A DNA stretch of 64,000 bases, taken from the NCBI GenBank assembly GCA_040830765.1, contig JBFOMH010000015.1, positions 1 through 64,000 on the forward strand, in the 5' to 3' direction. The translations under genes were made by a program, and so were the position numbers. Under the pieces are notes generated by a model. That model saw only the letters and a program-made list of their open reading frames with translations, was not told the origin of the DNA and searched no databases. Position 1 is the stretch's first letter. Every line of letters begins with the position of its first letter. Source of the stretch: Puniceicoccaceae bacterium. GTDB taxonomy: Bacteria > Verrucomicrobiota > Verrucomicrobiia > Opitutales > Oceanipulchritudinaceae. Below, in pieces: positions 60,840-64,000 of this stretch.

Positions 60840-62330
60840 TCAGGCCTGTTCGGTGGTTTCGGTCAAAAGGGTTGGCTGGGTGACCTTGTCCTGCGTCCGC
60901 GGACTGAAGATCATCCAGTAGACATTGATGGCGAAGGCAATGTGCCCGATGAGCAGCATCAGCCCGGAAAGCGACCGTGCCCAAAGCCAGGGCTTGGTGT
61001 TTTCGACCGTCTGGAGGAAGGTGTAGACAGGGGTTCCGTCTTCCGTCAGGGCATTCATCTGCAGGCCTTGGAACCAGCCGCCAATCTGCAGGGCAAAGAC
61101 CATCAGCAGAATCCCGAGGCCGCACATCCACCAGTGGACCTTGATCAGGAAGGCGTTCGGCCATTCCCGGAAGAGCAGGCGCGGCATCATGTAGTAGACC
61201 GCGCCGAACATGATCATGGTGAAAAAGGCATACACCCCGTGGTGGGCGTGGCCGACCGTGAAGTGCGTGAAGTGCGTCACTTCGTTGACGTGGCGCAGCG
61301 CCATGGTGCTGCCAATCAGGCTGACCACGGTGTAGTTGATGGCCCCGAAGACGACAAAGCGGATAGTCGGGCTGGCCCAGCCTTCCTTGTGCAGGCCAAC
61401 AACCGTCAGGTGGTGATTAATCCCGGTCACGATGACGGGAATGACCATCATCACACTGGCCACCGTTCCGGCGGAAATGACCCATGCCGGAACCGGTCCG
61501 CCGATCAGGTGGTGGACACCGGCCCAGTTGTAGAAAAGGGCCAGGGCCCAGAAGCCGACAACGGAAAGGTAATAACTGTGAATCGGCCGGCCAAGCACCT
61601 TCGGAATCAGGTAGTAGGCCACCGCAAGGGCAATCGGGGTCAGCCAAAGGCCAAGGACGTTATGGGCGAACCACCAGTTGGTCAGTGACTGCACCACCCC
61701 GTTGGCCGGTTCAAAAATAAGCATCACCTGGGCCACCGTGTAGAGCCAGGGGAGCCAGAAGAATGCCGCCAGCAGGTACCACTGGGAAACATAGACGTGG
61801 TCACTCTGGCGCCAGCGGAAGGCAATGATGACCCAGACGCCGACAAGGGCATAGGTAAGGACAACCAGTGGCGTGACGTAAGCCGGCATTTCCAGCCACT
61901 CCACCCCGATCATGTCACCCTTGAGGATGCCGATGATGCCAATCGTGACAGCAATATTCCAAAATACACCCGCCGCCAGCAGGATATTAGTATGGCGGAT
62001 ACGGGCGCGGCAGAGGCGGCCCATGATCCATGGGGCAACGGCGAAAATCACGTTGTTGCCCCAGCCGAAAATCATCGCGTTGAGGTGCGCCGTCCGCACA
62101 CGGCCAAAGGTCAGCCACTCCGTGGCACCGAGAAAGTCCGGATTGGTCGCCTTGATGGCAGCAATCATGGCGAAAGCAGTACCAGCCAGGAGCCACATCA
62201 CGGCGGAAACCAAGAAGAGCATCGCCGGGACGCGCATGGATGCATCGACTTCCCCAAGTCGCACCCGCAGATCCACATCGGGATCACCGGTAGGCTTGAG
62301 GGAATCAATAAACGAGGGGTTAGAACTCAT
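60840..62330 (-). CDS. ccoN: cbb3-type cytochrome c oxidase subunit I (start re-called at MSSNPS)
   Basis: FGRVRTAHLN, YVSQWY, WWFAHN, FYNWAGVHH and VGHAH; GGAGG SD. Confidence 0.94.
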   Translation of the reverse strand: MSSNPSFIDSLKPTGDPDVDLRVRLGEVDASMRVPAMLFLVSAVMWLLAGTAFAMIAAIKATNPDFLGATEWLTFGRVRTAHLNAMIFGWGNNVIFAVAPWIMGRLCRARIRHTNILLAAGVFWNIAVTIGIIGILKGDMIGVEWLEMPAYVTPLVVLTYALVGVWVIIAFRWRQSDHVYVSQWYLLAAFFWLPWLYTVAQVMLIFEPANGVVQSLTNWWFAHNVLGLWLTPIALAVAYYLIPKVLGRPIHSYYLSVVGFWALALFYNWAGVHHLIGGPVPAWVISAGTVASVMMVIPVIVTGINHHLTVVGLHKEGWASPTIRFVVFGAINYTVVSLIGSTMALRHVNEVTHFTHFTVGHAHHGVYAFFTMIMFGAVYYMMPRLLFREWPNAFLIKVHWWMCGLGILLMVFALQIGGWFQGLQMNALTEDGTPVYTFLQTVENTKPWLWARSLSGLMLLIGHIAFAINVYWMIFSPRTQDKVTQPTLLTETTEQA

Positions 62331-62350
62331 GGGCTGTTTTTCCTCCTGTC

Positions 62351-62566
62351 TCAATTGTCCCTGGGTGCGCGCTTCTTTCGCTTTTTCGGGAACTGGTCCG
62401 ATACTTCACCCATGGGTTCATCGTCGTCAAAAATCGTCTGGGCACCCCGTTCCAGGTTGCTGAGTTGCCCGTTTTTATGCGCCCAGTGCAGGGCCATCGC
62501 TGCCGCGACAAAGAAGATGCTGGCAAATATGAAGCCGATAAGAATGTATTGGCTCCAATCCATCAC
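62351..62566 (-). CDS. ccoS: CcoS/FixS-like cbb3 maturation protein
   Basis: TM helix followed by WAHKNGQ..NLERGAQTIFDDDE. Confidence 0.75.
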   Translation of the reverse strand: MMDWSQYILIGFIFASIFFVAAAMALHWAHKNGQLSNLERGAQTIFDDDEPMGEVSDQFPKKRKKRAPRDN

Positions 62567-62886
62567 AGGGGCATTTCCAGGCTCTGCTGCTCCTTGCGCA
62601 ACTCCTCGACCGTCAACTCAACCGCCCGCTCAACCGGGATACGGACAACGCCCTCGGCCTGGTTGACCCATTCGTAGGAATTGACCAGGCGGATTTGTTC
62701 GGCCCGGACCTCATTGCGGATCTGGTAGCGGATGGCAGCGTCCTTCTCCTCCTGCGGAACCGCCCGGTTGGGCAAGTAGGCGACGGCAACAATCAGCAGG
62801 AAGACCAGGCAGACCCCGATCCAGCCAAGGGCGGAAATCAGGACCGTGCTGTCGGAAGGCTCTTTTTCAAATGGCGCGTTACTCAT
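62563..62886 (-). CDS. Small single-TM protein, ActG-like accessory subunit of alternative complex III
   Basis: YEWVNQAEGVVRIPVERAV motif; directly follows the actF-like gene. Confidence 0.55.
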   Translation of the reverse strand: MSNAPFEKEPSDSTVLISALGWIGVCLVFLLIVAVAYLPNRAVPQEEKDAAIRYQIRNEVRAEQIRLVNSYEWVNQAEGVVRIPVERAVELTVEELRKEQQSLEMPL

Positions 62887-64000
62887 GGCAATTGATGGAT
62901 TCTTCAATCCGGGGATCCCGGATGGGGATAGGCCGCTCCTTGGCGGCGGATTTCAGGAAAGCCCAGATGACCACGGCGCCAACGCCGATGAACATCGTCA
63001 GGTCCGTCCAGCTGAAACCGAACTGCCGCACGGTGTAGCCGCCATGGGAATCGGTGGCCAGCTTCTGCGGGACGATGTTCCAGTAGAGGTCGAGCAGGTG
63101 GAAAACGAGTATCCAGATGGCGATGAAGCGCAACCGGATGGAAAACTTGTTCTTGTACCAGAGAAGGTAGAGGAACGGGAAAAAGAAGTGCATGAAGATG
63201 AGGCCCATGCTGACCCACCACCAGCTGTTCTTGGTCCCGTCCGCATTCATCTCACGCATGTTGTACCAGAAGGTTTCTTCCGGGATGTTGGCGTTGTAGA
63301 TGAGGAAGTACTGGGAGAAGCTGATGTAGGCCCAGAAGACCGTGAAGGCCAGCATGATGCAGCCGATGAGGTAGAAGTGCACCGGCTTGATGATGCCCTT
63401 CAGCCCATCCTCCCGGGTGGCCATGTAGAAGAGGGCCAGCACCGTGGCGGACAAGGCGGCCCGCATGCTGGCGGCAAAAAACCACACCCCGTACATGGTC
63501 GAGAACCAGTGGTAGTTGAGGGACTTGAACCAGTCGATGGCGGCAAAAGTGGTGGCGAAGGCACAGAGGAAGAGGCCAACCGCGGCCAGCTTGCGCGAGC
63601 GGTGCACGTTGGCATGGTCGCCCGTGCGGTCCATGTCGAAGGACCATTTGCGGAAGAGCAGGGCCAGACCGGTCCAGACGGCAAAGTAGATCACGTAGCG
63701 GACCACGAAGAATCCCTGGCCGAGGAATCCGGACTTGCTGACATAGAGAACGTCCTCAGAAACGGTTCCATGCCCGGCGGGAACAAGCGCATCGCCCTGC
63801 ATCCAGATCCAGGGAACCCCGTCACCAGCAGTGAACAGGCTCATCAGGACCAGGGGCAGGAAAATCAGTCCCAGATAGGGAAAAGCACTAACAGCATGTT
63901 CCAGCTGACGGCGGACAATGACCGCCCATCCGGCATCAAACATCCACCAGATCATCAACAGGAAGAGCATCCCGATGAGGATGGAAAGCCAGAAGGAAAT
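62879..64000 (-). CDS. Alternative complex III membrane subunit, ActF-like (5' end outside the window)
   Basis: WAVIVRR.LE, DWFKSL..HWFSTMYG, FWAYISFSQY and ANIPEET.WY; frame open to 64000. Confidence 0.85.
   Translation of the reverse strand: MSFWLSILIGMLFLLMIWWMFDAGWAVIVRRQLEHAVSAFPYLGLIFLPLVLMSLFTAGDGVPWIWMQGDALVPAGHGTVSEDVLYVSKSGFLGQGFFVVRYVIYFAVWTGLALLFRKWSFDMDRTGDHANVHRSRKLAAVGLFLCAFATTFAAIDWFKSLNYHWFSTMYGVWFFAASMRAALSATVLALFYMATREDGLKGIIKPVHFYLIGCIMLAFTVFWAYISFSQYFLIYNANIPEETFWYNMREMNADGTKNSWWWVSMGLIFMHFFFPFLYLLWYKNKFSIRLRFIAIWILVFHLLDLYWNIVPQKLATDSHGGYTVRQFGFSWTDLTMFIGVGAVVIWAFLKSAAKERPIPIRDPRIEESINCHE

Overview
GC-rich, densely coded bacterial chromosomal segment with about 64 CDS. 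I saw no rRNA, tRNA, CRISPR array, prophage or transposase. The gene content (LpxC-FabZ fusion, RNase HIII, a complete T2SS-like pseudopilin locus, a prepilin/DGH-CTERM protein, alternative complex III joined to a cbb3-type oxidase) suggests Verrucomicrobiota, probably Opitutia/Puniceicoccales; this is an inference, not a database result. Main blocks: secG/parB/fmt/der; rpmB; cobA-cysH; ligA; an ACP-dehydratase fusion, FabB-like ketosynthase and GT28 glycosyltransferase running into a gspG-H-I-J-K-L-M-D-C-E-F-like locus; galM; efp-lpxA divergent from lpxC-fabZ; rnhC-rnhB-pdxJ-nnr-dprA divergent from mutY-nrdJ, with tandem NrdR boxes; assorted transport and peptidase genes; pyrE; and the 3' part of an ACIII-cbb3 respiratory operon. 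Most of the window is housekeeping. The best leads are the (glyco)lipid module with a sigma54-like promoter upstream of the T2SS, a LigA lacking all four zinc-finger cysteines, an EF-P with an atypical TQGR loop, a translationally coupled RNase HIII-HII pair, and a CbiX-like chelatase with its His pair in the C-terminal half. I cannot confirm novelty for any of these without database searches. Several start coordinates are my re-calls from the ORF track and are approximate.
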